From contig MCFH01000018.1 in the NCBI GenBank assembly GCA_002104945.1, forward strand, positions 794,915 to 858,914: a stretch of DNA of 64,000 nucleotides, given 5' to 3'. This document shows, piece after piece, positions 1 to 14,423 of this stretch; within the stretch, counting starts at the first letter, position 1; every line of letters starts with the position of its first letter. This DNA comes from Piromyces finnis finn. Lineage: Eukaryota > Fungi > Neocallimastigomycota. Both the position numbers and the translations under genes were made by a program. The notes beneath the pieces were generated by a model that made no database searches, was not told where the DNA came from, and saw nothing but the letters and a program-made list of their open reading frames with translations.

Positions 1-2
1 CC

Positions 3-560
3 TGATTGAGGAGCACTTGGGGACATCATTGTGGAAGATAAGGGTATTAATAAGGATTGTCTTTTGCCTTTTTTTGCTACATTTGATTTACTTTTTTCAC
101 GAAGACGAGGTGTTACTGGTGAAAGGGATTCCTCTATTTCTTCGGATAGGGCTGGAGATGCTAATTGACTAATAGCTGAATTTGATCTTGATTTAGTCTT
201 ATTTTTTTTAGACTTTTTAGCCCCTGTATATGGTATTAAATTTCCATTACCATCGGGTATCATAATCGGTATTTTTTCACCATTAGGACCTACTGGCATC
301 ATTCCTTCAGGGATGACAAAGTTTTGAAGATCCGGTAAGGTAGTTGATTTTCTATAGGATGATATACCAGTATTAATCGAGGAAGTAGTAGAAACATAAG
401 ATAATCTATTATTCTTATAACGTTCTGGTTGATTTTTTCTTGGTTGTCTAGAATTTGGACTTGTTATTGCTTCTGAACTTTGACTTTTTTGCTTATTATT
501 GTAAGCTATATTGGGTGGAGTTAATGGTGGTGATGCTAATCCTAAGTTTTTATTTGACAT
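3..560 (-). CDS. 5' part of an uncharacterised protein (runs off the left edge)
   Basis: Open frame from ATG at 560 to the window edge without a stop: MSNKNLGLASPPLTPPNIAY...FVIPEGMMPVGPNGEKIPIMIPDGNGNLIPYTG...; GC is clearly higher than in the flanking DNA. No family recognised. Confidence 0.75.
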   Translation of the reverse strand, partial: MSNKNLGLASPPLTPPNIAYNNKQKSQSSEAITSPNSRQPRKNQPERYKNNRLSYVSTTSSINTGISSYRKSTTLPDLQNFVIPEGMMPVGPNGEKIPIMIPDGNGNLIPYTGAKKSKKNKTKSRSNSAISQLASPALSEEIEESLSPVTPRLREKSKSNVAKKGKRQSLLIPLSSTMMSPSAPQS

Positions 561-2081
561 TTTTTATATTATTTATATACTTTTTAAAGGAAAAATTATA
601 ATATTCTAATAAAGATAAAAAAAAATTTTTTTTTCAAAGAATTATTATTAATTATATATATTAATATTAGATTTTGGTTGGTTTGTTTTTATATATATTA
701 TATTCTTTTTTCCTTTTTTTCTTTTTGCGATATATATAATAGAATTTGACAATTTAGTTTTATCCTTTGAAGTATTTAATAAATAAATAATTTATATAAT
801 TTATTTTTATTATCGCAATTTTTTATTATTCTGAATGAATAGTGTTTTATAATACAAGTATAATTTTTATTTTTTTTCGATATACGATAATATTGGAGTG
901 TATTAATAAGTTATATAGTTGATCTTTTACTGATATTTTTGATTATGTACTATTCTTTGGAATTATTAAAGTAAATTTAATTATTAATTTGTTGCGAAAT
1001 GTTTCGTCAGTGGTAATAGCTTATTAAATTACAAATAAAAAATAGTGATTTTTCTAAATATCACTATTTTTCTAAATATCAGTTTTCAAGAATAATTAAA
1101 TCTCAAAAAATAATAAAAATTAATTATTTTTTTTAAAAAATTATTGCATAATTGTTTATTTTTAGAGTATTTAAAGTTTAATAGTCATTAACTTTTTTGG
1201 AGAATAATAATTATTTTTTTGTGTAATATTACTCAATAATTTTGGTTGTTATTGTTGTTTTTGATAATCTTTATAATATGTTATAAAGTATATTGATTTT
1301 TTATATTATTTTTAAAAGATAATTTTCTAGAAATTCCTTTCAATTCTTTTACAGAGAAAATTAGCAAAAATTTTCAATATTATAAAATAAAAATGTTATT
1401 AAATTGTAACGATAGTTTAAGATATATATATTAAATAGTAAATGTTATATTTTAAATACTTACTTAAATAATTCTTTTACTATTATCTTTTATAAATTTA
1501 CGGTTTTCTTTTAAAAAAAAAGAGTGAAAATTGTTTAAATTTTTAATTCCTTTTGGTATTTAATATATTGCTTTATATATATATGATTATATGTTTGATT
1601 GAATAAAGTATGTAGTATTAACAACTTTAAATTTTTTTTATGGATTGCTATGTAAATCTTTTTCAAATATATTACTCTAAATATATTGTAGTATATAGCA
1701 GTCAGTATAAGATAAATATGAAAATAAAAAATCTTTTATATTTTAAATCAATTTCAATATTGTTCGATTAATTTTTATATATATATATATATATATTTAT
1801 ATTTTTTTAGTAATAATACTATTAATTACTTTTGTTTCTTTAGTTTAAATCTATTTCAATAAAATTAAAAAAATCTAGTCAAAACATAATTTAATAATTT
1901 TATTATTGAAAAAAGAAAATTATAAAAATAAAAAAAAGAATATTTTTTTTTTAATCTTTTATTATATTAAATAAAAATTAATATAAATATTTGTTGACAG
2001 ATTAACCCATAAAAAATAAAAAGATAAACAAAAAGAAATAAAAGTATAAATGGTATTATAATATTGTAGTAAATGAACATA

Positions 2082-2199
2082 AAACTAAAATGAATAAACA
2101 ATAAATAATATTGATTTAACTTTTTCAAAAAAAAAAAAAAAAACTAAAATGAATAAACAATAAATAATATTGATTTAACTTTTTCAAAAAAAAAAAAAA
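2082..2199. repeat. Exact 59-bp tandem duplication ending in poly-A
   Basis: aaactaaaatgaataaacaataaataatattgatttaactttttc+A-run occurs twice head to tail (starts at 2082 and 2141). Confidence 0.9.
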
Positions 2200-5100
2200 G
2201 TTATTTATTCGTTATAAAAGTTATATTTAATAATGCCTTTTTTTTTTTTTTTTTTTTCTTATATATTTAATATCATTAATTAATAAAAGTAAATAAAAAG
2301 AAATTTATCAAATCAAATTGAATATATAAAATATTAAATAATGATTACAATTTTCGTTTTACCATTTTATCAATTCAATTATATTTAAACTCTAATACTT
2401 TCAAAAGATATAATAAAAAAAAAAAAACTTCTTTTTAATATACAAAGAAGGGGAAAAAAGTTTTTACAACATTGAATTAACATAATTGTTTTATTTCTCT
2501 TTGACATATACATGTATCTTATTTCATTATCATTGTAACTAATGAATCTTTTTTTTTTTTTTTTTTTTTTACACTTTTAATTCTAATTTATATAATAAAG
2601 TCAAATCTTAATACTATTAAAATAATTCAACAATTTTAGGTAAAAATTAACAAATACACCGTCAGCGCTGTATAGATTGTATATATAACTTAAATTCGTT
2701 ATTTTTTAGAATTTAATAGTAATTAAAATTCATTATCATCAAGAAAAAAGTAGTAAAGAAGAAATACAAATAAATTATATTAAATATAAAAATAAGTTTC
2801 ATTTAGCATCAATTCATTAATATTTATCCATAATAATAGTAAATTGTTTTCATCAATTAATACGATTTAATTAATGAAATGGCAAATAAAAGTTTCTTCA
2901 CCTTAATTATTTTTTTTTATATATAATCATGTTAATAATGATTAAAGTTTATTTTTTAAGAAAAATAAAATTGTATATAATTAGATTATATTTAGTATTA
3001 TAATAAGTAAACATAAAAGTTTTATGTTATAATAAATAATAATAAATAAAAAATGAATGATTATATTTTCATTATTCAATCATTTACTAGTTTAACTCAT
3101 AATAATCCTTTTTTTTTTCACATCTCCACCACCTTTTTTTAATCGCTTTTCAATAATACCTTTTCATATTTTCATTGCTTTTATCAAATTAAAAGATTTT
3201 TTGTTTATAATTTAATATACAAATTTCATTAATATATTGGAATTTAATTGTTAATATATTAGTGTAATTAATTATAACTTAAATTTAATAAATGAATCAA
3301 TTTAAATAGATTCATAAACATAATTTTATTGATAGGATGAAAGCTTTAACTAATATATTTAAATATATTAATAGTATAAATAAAATATAATTGATTTAAT
3401 TTAAATTAAATATTAACAATTTACTGTTTCATATATTATTAATTATATAGTTTTATTTTAAATTATTGAAAAAAGTGTAACATATTTTATAATAAGAAAC
3501 TCACAATAAGAAAGTAGAATAAAATACCTAATATACATACATAAGAAAAAAAAAAGTTTAGAGAAAAAAAAAACATTAGAACTTATATATTATAAATGCT
3601 AGTCTCGTTAAAAGTGTTATTTTTATTTTAGTAATAATTATAGTGGTCATATTATTGAAATTTTAAATGATAATAAGAATTAATTAGTATATAAAGGTAT
3701 TAAATTAATAATATAGAAAAATAAAATAAAATGTGTTGATATACCATTTTGTGTATTTAATTAGTGTTAATAGTACATTGTGATAATATTTAAAAATAAG
3801 ATTTCGTATATGCATTATTATTTATCGTTATAGATGATAATACTTGATAGATTGCAAATTCCGGTCATTGCCAAAAAAACAAACTAATGGTCCTACTGCC
3901 GATTCCGAATATATAGTTCCCTTATTAATACTCGAGCTTATTGGAATGATAGCATAACATATATAATTATATAATTAATATTAATACCGAAAAAGTAAAG
4001 AATATTGATAAATTAATATAGTTTTTGTCATATATAAAAAATATAATAAACTTAAACTATAAAAGATTTTTATATGAGAAACTTAAATAATAAATTTATA
4101 TATTATTAATAAGATATAAATAAGATGTTATAATTTTTTAAACCTAATAGTACATCATTTTATCTTTACATAAAATAGTTATATTATTACATCTCCTTAT
4201 TTTTATTTTAATCTTTACATAAAAAATAAGTTTGAAGATTAAAATTTATACTTTTTATTAGTTAATCATAATTCTCAATAGACTGATCCTTTAAAAGTCT
4301 CGAAAATAATATAACAATGTTTTAAATATTAGAAAAAAAATTTAAAAAGTAACATTTCTACACATAAAGATTCTACAATTGAAAATGAACTCTTTATAAA
4401 GTTTATTTTTTAAATATTACTTTTTGATATTTAAGTATATTAATATTTTTTTAGATATTTTAAGTTTTGAAATAAATATTAACCTTTCTCTTTTATATAA
4501 AAATTTAAAAAAATTTTCAGAAACATTAGCAAAAGAAAAAAAAACTATAAATACATTATAAAAATATAAAAACATATAAAATTCTTATTAATAATAATAA
4601 AAAAATAATTAATTATTGATATAGTGAATAATTAAAATCAATTATAAATAATTACTAATTATTTATATTCTTCATATAGAGATTTATATATTTTACATTT
4701 TATTATTATTATGTTTATAATATATATATTTTTATGCAACTTCAAAATAAAAAATTTAGCTATTTAACATAACTTTAAAAGTTTATAACTGTGATATAAA
4801 ATTATTTGATCCATATTTTATAAATGAATCTTATTTATTTTTTGAAATTGTTAATTTTATTCATTGTAAACTTTCCAATTATATCATTAAATATAAAAAT
4901 AATATATATAATAATTCATTCTTTTTATTTCTGAACATATTTAAAAAAAATACAAAAAAAAAAAAAAAACATTTAAATATGATTTTGATTACAAGGATAT
5001 AACAAAAAAATAATTTTTTATATAACAAAAAACATTTCTTCGCCTATTTTATAAGATGTATATAATTAAATAATAAAACCAACTTTGTCAAAAAACATGC

Positions 5101-5359
5101 TAGTATGTGATTGTTTTTATCAAAGGAATCCATTTATAAATACCTATGATGAAACTTTTTGTTATAATAAAGCTTTAAATATATATTATTAGAGTATATA
5201 ATCTTTGTTTTTATTTATACATAAAATATTTATTATTATTTGTTTTAATTTTTTCTATTGTTATTATTACATAAATCTATGGTAATAAAAATTATAGTAA
5301 AAGTATTTTTCTGAAAAAAAAAAAAATGTTAAAATTTAAATAAATTGTTTTTCATGTTA

Positions 5360-6604
5360 TTATGTTCTTTGATTAACTTCAATTGGTTTTATAATATTTT
5401 CCTCTTTCTTTGGTTTATTTTCTTCGTTTGGATGTACTTTCAAGTTATCCATTGAAAGAGAGGTTTCTTTTATCATATAAAACATATAAATATTATGAGA
5501 TACATATAAGAAAAAAAAGTGGAATTATTATTTTTTTATATTTAATAACGGTTAATTATTAGCATATAAATAATTTTTTTCTTTTAAACAAAAAATTATA
5601 AATTTCATTTATTACCTCTTAATTTTTTTGTAAATTCACTATGTTTTTTTGCAACTTTTTCCATCTTTATATATTATTTTTTATTTTAGTTTAAAAAAAA
5701 AAAGAAATTAATATGTAATCATTAGATATTAATTTATTAGATAAGATAAATTTGTTACATCAATACGACGCTCGTTAACACATTTTTTAGCTTGAGATTG
5801 AGTAGGCATTGCATAATGTGGTATATTTAACTCCTTTTCCTCTTTTTTTGGTTCCAATACTCTTTTTTTTTTTTATTTTAGAATAGAGAACGATGATAAT
5901 AATAATAATAATAATAATAATATATATATATATATAAATTGATATTGATTAATTATTGTTATTGTTATTATATATATATAATAAATAATAATATAATTTA
6001 AACATGTTTATATTACATATAAAATAGTTAATAAATTAATTATTATATAATTTTTTTTTATGAATATTACTTTTTCTTTGTTAGCAATGTATAGATATAT
6101 CTCAAAAAGTCTACTGCACCATCATCATCATAATTCAATACCGGGAGAATAATAGATTCTGGAATATTAATATTATTTTTTCTAAAAAATTTTTGTAATT
6201 GATCCCAGTTATCTTTACGATTCTTATATGATGGACTTGAATATAGTACATCAATATTAATTTTATTGTTATAATAATTATTGAATATTTCTGCTACTAA
6301 TCTACCATCAGCTAAATCTCTATATTTTATAATAACATGATTGTAAAATTAATTGATTATTATAAATAGTAAAGTTAAATATACAATAACACAAATTATT
6401 AAAAGTTATAATACCAATATTTATATATTAATAAATAATGTATATTACATATTTTAAAAATTATAAATTTATTAATGGATTAATAGAAAAATAAACAAAA
6501 TGTTAATTATTTAATATCTTCTACCTTTTAGGAAAAGAATATGGAAAAGTTAGATTCATTGATTGTAACCATTGTATTATTACTCTTGGTACTCCCGAAT
6601 TCAT
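5360..6604 (-). CDS. SPATA4: SPEF1/SPATA4-family calponin-homology (CH_2) flagellar/microtubule protein, 5 exons, ~195 aa
   Basis: Exons 6604-6525, 6319-6071, 5861-5759, 5664-5616, 5466-5360; all introns GT-AG and all phases compatible. Translation MNSGVPRVIIQWLQSMNLTFPYSFPKRDLADGRLVAEIFNNYY...KDNWDQLQKFF...YIYTLLTKK matches the family pattern (WLQxLDL...RDFSNGFLIAEIF...DNWxQLxKF...YTLLT). Confidence 0.85.
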
Positions 6605-7765
6605 TTTTATATATATATATATATATATATTAATTATAGCAATAAAATAATAAATTTTCCAATAAAATGTTTATTTAATTTGAAAAGTAAATAAAAAAGC
6701 AGTTTATTATTTATTGAATTATTAAAACATTAAATGAATTACTTTTAACTATTATTACTATAACAAAAACAAAATGTTTAATGTTGTGGTAACTTCAAAA
6801 AATATGATTGAAAAATTCATATTTTATTATCTTTTTTATTTTTAATATCATATTAAATTTAAAATTGTTTATTATTGAAATTTCTTTAAACTTTAACCTC
6901 CATTTTACTAAAACTTTATTAATTATAAATTGTTACATTTATATATTCACTTTTTATATTCATGATATAATCTTTATATTTTGAATATTGATAAAATGTA
7001 TTATTATGAAAATAACATTTATTCTACAATAAATATATATATATGTTTGCATTTTTGCAATACTAAAGAATAAAAATAAATTTCTAATATTTTTACTTCT
7101 TATATTGTTATAAAAACACAGAATAAATATACATAATTTATATAATAGAAAATGAAAATTATAATATTTTTAGTTTTAAATAAATATATAAAAAGCAATA
7201 TACAGTATTCTTAACAAAAGATCATTAAGATATTAAAAGATTTATTTAGAGTAATAATTATATTTTATTCTTTACTTTTTTTTTTTTTATTATACTTTAT
7301 TATTTTAATTATAATAATATATATATAATTAGTAGTACAATTATGCCTAAATAAATATTATATAGCATTATTTTTTTGGCATATGCATATTCATTACCTA
7401 TTACTACATTTTTTTATTTTTTTTATTATCATAGCTTGTTAGCCAGAAAAATATGCTTAGATTATTATTATTATTTAAAAATTTCATTTAATTTAGATTC
7501 GCACGATTCGGGCTTATATCATTAAAAATTGAAATTTTAAAAAAAAAAATTAATAAACCATATAAGCATTTTTTTTAACTTCTTTATTTTTTTATTTAAT
7601 TTCTAATTTGTCATAATTGAATTTAAGAAAGGAAAGGAAGAATAATAAAATAGAAGAAAAAATATAAAACTATATTAAAATATTATAAAAATATGAAATA
7701 TTAAATAATTCATAGAAATTCGTCATATATTTTAAATCATTATATATACATAAAAAAATAAAAAA

Positions 7766-10700
7766 ATGGATTCACAAAATGTTGATGATTCATACCTTCG
7801 TGCTACCCGTTCAGCAAGAATTGAAAGAATGAAAAATATTATCCCAGTAGAAAGAAAAGCACCAAATACAGTATCAAATATTCGAATGTCAAATATTATT
7901 CATAATAGAAATGATATTACACCATCACACAGTAATAAAATAGGGATTCGTCATTCTAATCATGAGACTTGGAGTACACCAAGTAGAAAATCAACAAACA
8001 TAGCCCATGATTTTAATAGTAGAAATTTAGTTTTTGATGAAGAAATAAACAATAGCAATAATAAAACAAGAAATGATATTCTTTATAAAAGTGCATTAGA
8101 TGATGAAGAATATGTAGATAATGAAGATGATATTTTTAATTTCTCCAGAATTAATGTAATTAATATTTTAATAATTATTATATAAAGTTTTATTTAATCA
8201 ATTTAGTTATGTTTATATAATTTTTAAATTTTTTATATTTATATACCTTTCTTCTTTCTTTTCTTTTTTATTTTTTAATGATTTTTACAATTTTTATATA
8301 CAAAATTTTACATAATATTTACTAATTATTTATTTAAAATATAAATCATTAAACTTATTTCCATTTTTTATAATCAATATATAATAATCAGAGAAAAAAT
8401 GAAAATACTCCACATTTTCAAAAATTAAATAAAGAAATTAGTAATTATGTAATGCGAAATACATCAATGTCTAATGAATCCAGTTTATCAACAAATGGTC
8501 CATCACTTTCATATTCCATTTTCACTACTCCATTGGCAAAAGAAACAGCAGAACATTTTGGAATGACAGTATCGGAATCTAACAGACAAAGAAGATATTC
8601 TTATTCTTCTCTTAATGCCATTAAAGAAAGTTTATATGTTACCCCAAAAAAGTCAACAAAAAAAAGTGATATGCTTAAAGATGGTAGTAAAAGTGTTAAC
8701 TATATTAATAAAATGAATTATTCTTTTTCAGCGAATAAAATTACTATGAATAAAAATGACAATGACAATAACAATAAAGAAAAAGATTACAGTTCACCTT
8801 CTAAAATAAAAGAAACCGAAAAGGAAACAGAGAATAACATAATTGGTATTAATTTTAATTATATATATATATTTTTTTTAAAAAAAAAAAAAAAACAATA
8901 TAAATTTCAATAATTAGATTAGTTTTAAATTTATTTATTTTTTCAATAATGTTTTGTTTTTATTTCAACTTATATAATGTAATTTTTTTTTATTTTTTTT
9001 TTATTTTTTTCATTTAATTAATGATATTTTTTGTTTTATTTTCTAAATTATCTCTTATACACATATCAAATAAATTAAATACTCTATAACTAATAATAGT
9101 AATACCTGATGATAAAATAAATAATGAAGTTGAAAAAGTTAATAGTAAAGTTCAAGCCTCATCAGCAAATGATATTAATATTCAATTAACTACTCCAAAA
9201 AAATCAAACATATCCTTAATTAATTCAAGCGAAAGTAAAAATAAAACCAAATCAGTTTTAGGTACAGATTTTAAATTAATAACACCAAATAAACCTACAG
9301 TCAATTTTGATACATATATAACGCCAACTAGTTTATCAATTACCCAAGGTAACACTACTACCACCCCATTAACTCAAAATAAACAACGACTCTTTCATGA
9401 TAGTTTACTCACCCGAAAAAGTTTTAGTGCTAATCCTACCAGAATACAAAGAATTATTAATAAATCAATGAAAACACTAAATAGTAAACATCGTAATTTA
9501 TTTAATAATCCTTCTCATTCAAAAAAATCAGTATCAAGTAATAATAGTCCTCTTAAAAAGCGTTCTATGAAAATGAATACCACCAGTACTTCCATGAAAA
9601 AATCAACTATAAATACATACAGTTCCTATCTTAGTAATGAAACACCAACTCATTCACCTGTTCTCAATAATAATCAATATAAGGGAAATGCATCCGTATC
9701 AACATCAAAATCACAAAATTCAAAACCAAAATCAATAACCGCTACCACTTCCAATGTTGATTCAACATTTATAAATGATCAATCGAAAAAGCCATATCAC
9801 AATACTTCTCTCTCACTTCGTGATATTGATTCAAAATATGAATATTTGAATGATAAAATTACTCCAATAAAACAAAAGTTCTCTGATATTTCATCTACTT
9901 CACCAATTGTTACTACCACGACTGTCACAAAAAAATTAGGTAATATTACTAAGATTGGTGTTCCACCTAAAGAAATCAGCCCATCATCCAATAAAGAAGG
10001 TAATATAAATCGCCGTCGTCGTAGTCGTAGTCATAGTCGTAGAAGAAAAAGTAGCGTTAAGAATTTAAAGGATAATAATGGAAATGGCGTATTGATAGAA
10101 TTAAAAAGAAAAGTAGATCCAATTACAGGTATTATATCAGAACTCTCTGTAGTAGAAGATCCAGATACTGGTGAAACTACTAGAATTATTACTTCTTATG
10201 ATCCGGTTACTGGAAATAAATCTGAAACTAAAACTATTACAACTACTACCACTACAATGACCACCACAACTCAATCTACAACTACTAGAAAAACAACAAC
10301 AATTGATCGAGAAGAAGAAGAAGAAGAAACAGAAGATGATTTTGATAATATTTCAGAAAATGATAATGAAAATAGTATGAATGAAAGTGGTTATATTGAG
10401 TATTCTTCTAGTCTAAATAGTGAAGATGAAGGCGACAACATCTTTACTAAATTACATGATACCCATTCTGACAGTGATTTTGATCAACAATCCCTAGTTT
10501 CCAATGATCTTGACGCTCCACCGTCATTAAATCCAGAAAATTCATCTCAAAAGCATAACAGGGAACAAACCTTGGAATATACTCCACAAAATAAAACATC
10601 AGTAAAAGATAATACTAGGAAAATCGGTACTTATTCTGTTCCTACACTACATAGAAATAAGTATAGATTGGAGGATACCATTTCACTAGATAATCCACCA

Positions 10701-13372
10701 TATACCATATATTCTAAAGGTCGTAGTGATCAAGATCATCAATCCTTTAATAATGTACCAACGGTTGGAAGACTTTCCTTATCCAATATTGATTTAAATT
10801 CACCAAAGTATAATGATAAAGACAACCTTTCTAATTATTATGTATCTAAAAATAAGCTTGATTTATCTATGCTTAAAAAACAATATAAATTAGAACAAGA
10901 GATAAATGATAATATCTTAAATAATGCTAAACCAAAATCTAAAATAGCTGAATGTGAAGAAGCAATTGGAAATCTTTTATCAAAATGGACAAAAGAAGAT
11001 GAAGAAAAAGAAAAAATAGAAACACACGAAGAAAATGAAGAAGATAGTTTGACCTTTAATACTAATATAAAAGAAATAAAAGAAGAAATTCAACGTAGAA
11101 TAGAAAAAAATAAAAAATTAAATGAAGAAATTAATAATAAATCTCTTCAATTTAATTTAAAACAACAACAACAACAAGCAGAACCAAGTAAGTTTACTAT
11201 TGATAATATTATAAAAATAAAATAAAATAAAATAGGTTTAATTAATTATACAACGCCAAAAAAAAATGTATATATTAATTTTTTTTTCATTATTATTATT
11301 ATTTTATTTGTAAAGATGATAAAAAAATAGTCACTATAAATATTGAGGATGATGAAATGGAAGAAGAAAAAGAAGAAAAAGAAAATCATGATGATATGAA
11401 TAGTAATGTTGAAGTGAATGATTCAGAAATAAAGCCAGCAAGTCATCCATTACCAGACTTTATTTTATCCAGTAATAGAAGTACACCATCAAGATTATCT
11501 TCTACTGAAATATTATCATCAAAGAAAAGTTCACAATTAATTCAGAGATTACAAGATGACTTTATTAAAAGTCATAAGCATACTCGTAGTCCAGGTATTG
11601 ATTTTTCATCTTATCGATCAAGTGCAAAAAAACCAAAATTAGAAGTTGATAGTATAGATCAAGAAGATACAATAAATAATATTACTTTCCAAGAAGATCA
11701 ATATGAGGATAATCCATTTATGCCTAATAATACCCATTCATCAACAAAAAAACAACTTTCAATTATTATTGATGATGAAAATGAACAACAACCTGAAGAA
11801 CCGAAATCTATAATTGTATCTGAAGCTGAACCACCAAAACAACAACCTGAAGAACCAGAATCTATAACTATATCTGAAATTGAACCACCAAAACAACAAT
11901 CAACAGATTTCAACATAATAGCAACTAATACTATTAATTCAACATCTTTTAACATTAATACAGATACTAACGAACTTTTGCATACCCCTAAACAAACTAA
12001 AACACCAAAAAAGGATGAACATTTAGAATCAATAAAGAAAAAGTTATCAGAACATTCATTATATGTAAAAGAATTAAAAGAAGGTATAAGAAATAAACTC
12101 AATAAATCCAAATTATTTGCTACCGACCCAAGTCAAGATCAAACAAAGGATATTAAAAATGATACTGAAACTACTAACAATAGCAATGAAGAAGATGATA
12201 ATTCTATTACCATAGCAGAACCTAAAGAACCTCTTATTTCATCTTCTCTATCAACATCATTATTAGGATTAAAGCATCATATCTCAGAAGAAGATGGAAA
12301 CCATGAAGAGAATGTAGAAAAACCTAATCCTAAACGTTTTCATGATTTAGAATCAAGTCAAGAAAATTCTATTGTCATTGCCGCTACCAATACTGTTAAC
12401 GAAAGTGATAATGTCGATAATAATAAAGATGTTAATAATAATCTAGATGTTGAAATTATAGAAGCAATTCTAAAGAATTCTGACCAAGTTTCTCCATTAA
12501 ACCATTCAAAAACTGAAAGTAATCCCCTAGAAGAAAACGGTCAAGATCCTGAAAATGAAGATACCCTTTTAGATTTCGAACGAATTTCTCAATTTCATGC
12601 TAATTCTATTTCCAATTCTGATAAAAACACAATAATAGAAAATAAACCAGAAATCATCGTTATTGATTCCTATCAGCCTACTGAAAATTTATCTAATTCT
12701 AATATCTTGGATGGTGATGAAATTACTGAGGGAACCTCGAATGCTCAAAGAGAAGTCATGAGTTTTGAAGATAGTGCTTCTGTAAATGGTGAATTTTCAG
12801 ATGAAAATTCTGAAAAGGACACCAATTCAAATCAAGAAGAAAAGGTGGAAGAAGATAATGAAATTAATTCTAATAAAGTTATGAGTGAAGAAAGTCATGA
12901 AGATAATGAAGTTTATTTCATTCATTTAGATAAAAGTCCACAAAAGTCATCGTCTGTTAATTACACTTTAAATGAAGCATTAAATGATGACAATAATTTA
13001 GAAAAGGATGATTCACTTGATCAAAGTCCACTTTCAAAGAAAGAAGCTTTAGCTTCTCAACCTTGTCACGACAAATCATATTCTTCTTTTGAAGAGAATG
13101 AAATTATCAAGATGAATAAGCCTGTAGGTACAGAGATGGACATTGATATCATATCAATTGGAGATAGTAGTAATGATAGTCATCATGAGGAAGAAGAAAA
13201 AGAAAGATCAAAAAAAGAAACTACTCCTGAAGTTGAAGAATCCTTTAGTATTGTAGAAATGAACAGTTCAGAAGAAGAGGATAATACCATTATATTTTCA
13301 AGTGGTAATACCACACCTACAAAAATAAATAAATCTTGGAATAATACCAAGGAAATAAATAATCCAAATTAG
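7766..13372 (+). CDS. Large low-complexity Ser/Thr/Asn/Glu-rich, probably disordered protein, 4 exons, ~1662 aa
   Basis: Exons 7766-8155, 8392-8845, 9100-11187, 11316-13372 are joined by GT-AG introns with matching phases (0,1,1). This unites four ORFs of the track. No domain recognised. Confidence 0.8.
11785..11900 (+). repeat. 54-bp (18-aa) coding tandem repeat, 2 copies plus a partial
   Basis: QQPEEPKSIIVSEAEPPK / QQPEEPESITISEIEPPK / QQ. Confidence 0.85.
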
Positions 13373-14423
13373 ACATTATTTTGGAACATTAGTTATCTTT
13401 TTTTTTTTTTTTTTTTAATCAAAGAGTTATTCTATTTTAAAAATTTAAAAAAAAAAAAAAAGATAAAAAGAAACTATAATCTATATAAATTCCAATGATA
13501 CAGTTTTAAATGACATTCTTAGTATAACATAATAATTAATATATAATTAATATATATTATATATATTGTAAAAGTTTTAATTTCATATATAAATCATTTC
13601 AGTCTTTAAACCAAAAAAAAAAAAAAAAAAAAAAAAGGATTCATAATAATTTTATAATAATAATAATAATTATACTATTAATTTATTTTCTATTCTATTT
13701 TTCATATTATTACAATTACTTTTCCTACACCTTCATATACATTTATTATATTATATATATACTAATATATATTAATAATATTATAAAATATTAAAATATA
13801 AGAAAAGCTATAACTATTTATTTATTTATTTTTTTTTTTTTTTTTTTACATTTATTACTGTTATTATTATTATTATTTTCTTTCTATATATATATATATA
13901 AATAAATATCCTAAAAATTTTAATTAATCCTTTTTAAACAATTTCATTATTTAAAGTAAATAAATTAATTTTTTATTTTAATATATATTTTTTTATTTTG
14001 TGGATTGACCAAATTTTTTTGGTTTATTGTTACACTAAAATATATTATTTATAAATATAAATGGATTAAAAGGTAAATTAAAAATGAAGGAATGACCTTT
14101 TTTTTTTTTTTTTTTTTAATTGAATAGAATAATATTTAGAAATAGTATTAAATAATAATAATATTACATAATATTATTTAATATAAACTAATTAACCTTT
14201 TTTTTTTTAAATCGGTCATTGTCCTTCCATCTTTTAAAAAAAAAAAAAAAAGTTTATATATAAACTTTAAATTCTCTTCAAGCGTGCGTCTAAAAAATTT
14301 TGATTTTACAAAAAAAAAAAAAAAAAATTATTTTTATATAATAAAAAGTATAATAAAAGATTAAATTATTATTTTAATAATTTAATATATTTCTTTTAAA
14401 AAAAAAAAAAAAAATAGTAAAAA

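Noticed and set aside
3845-3960. GC-elevated patch as an ncRNA or small exon
   Set aside because: No convincing stem-loop, tRNA fold or spliceable open frame.
6783-6793. GTTGTGGTAAC as an RFX X-box upstream of the flagellar gene
   Set aside because: Only a half-site matches and the spacing does not fit the 13-14 bp palindrome.
9182-12111. Antisense ORFs overlapping real exons (also 21333-21530, 24663-26099, 32053-32241, 44335-45044, 54525-54815)
   Set aside because: Shadow frames of genuine coding exons, with no independent motifs.
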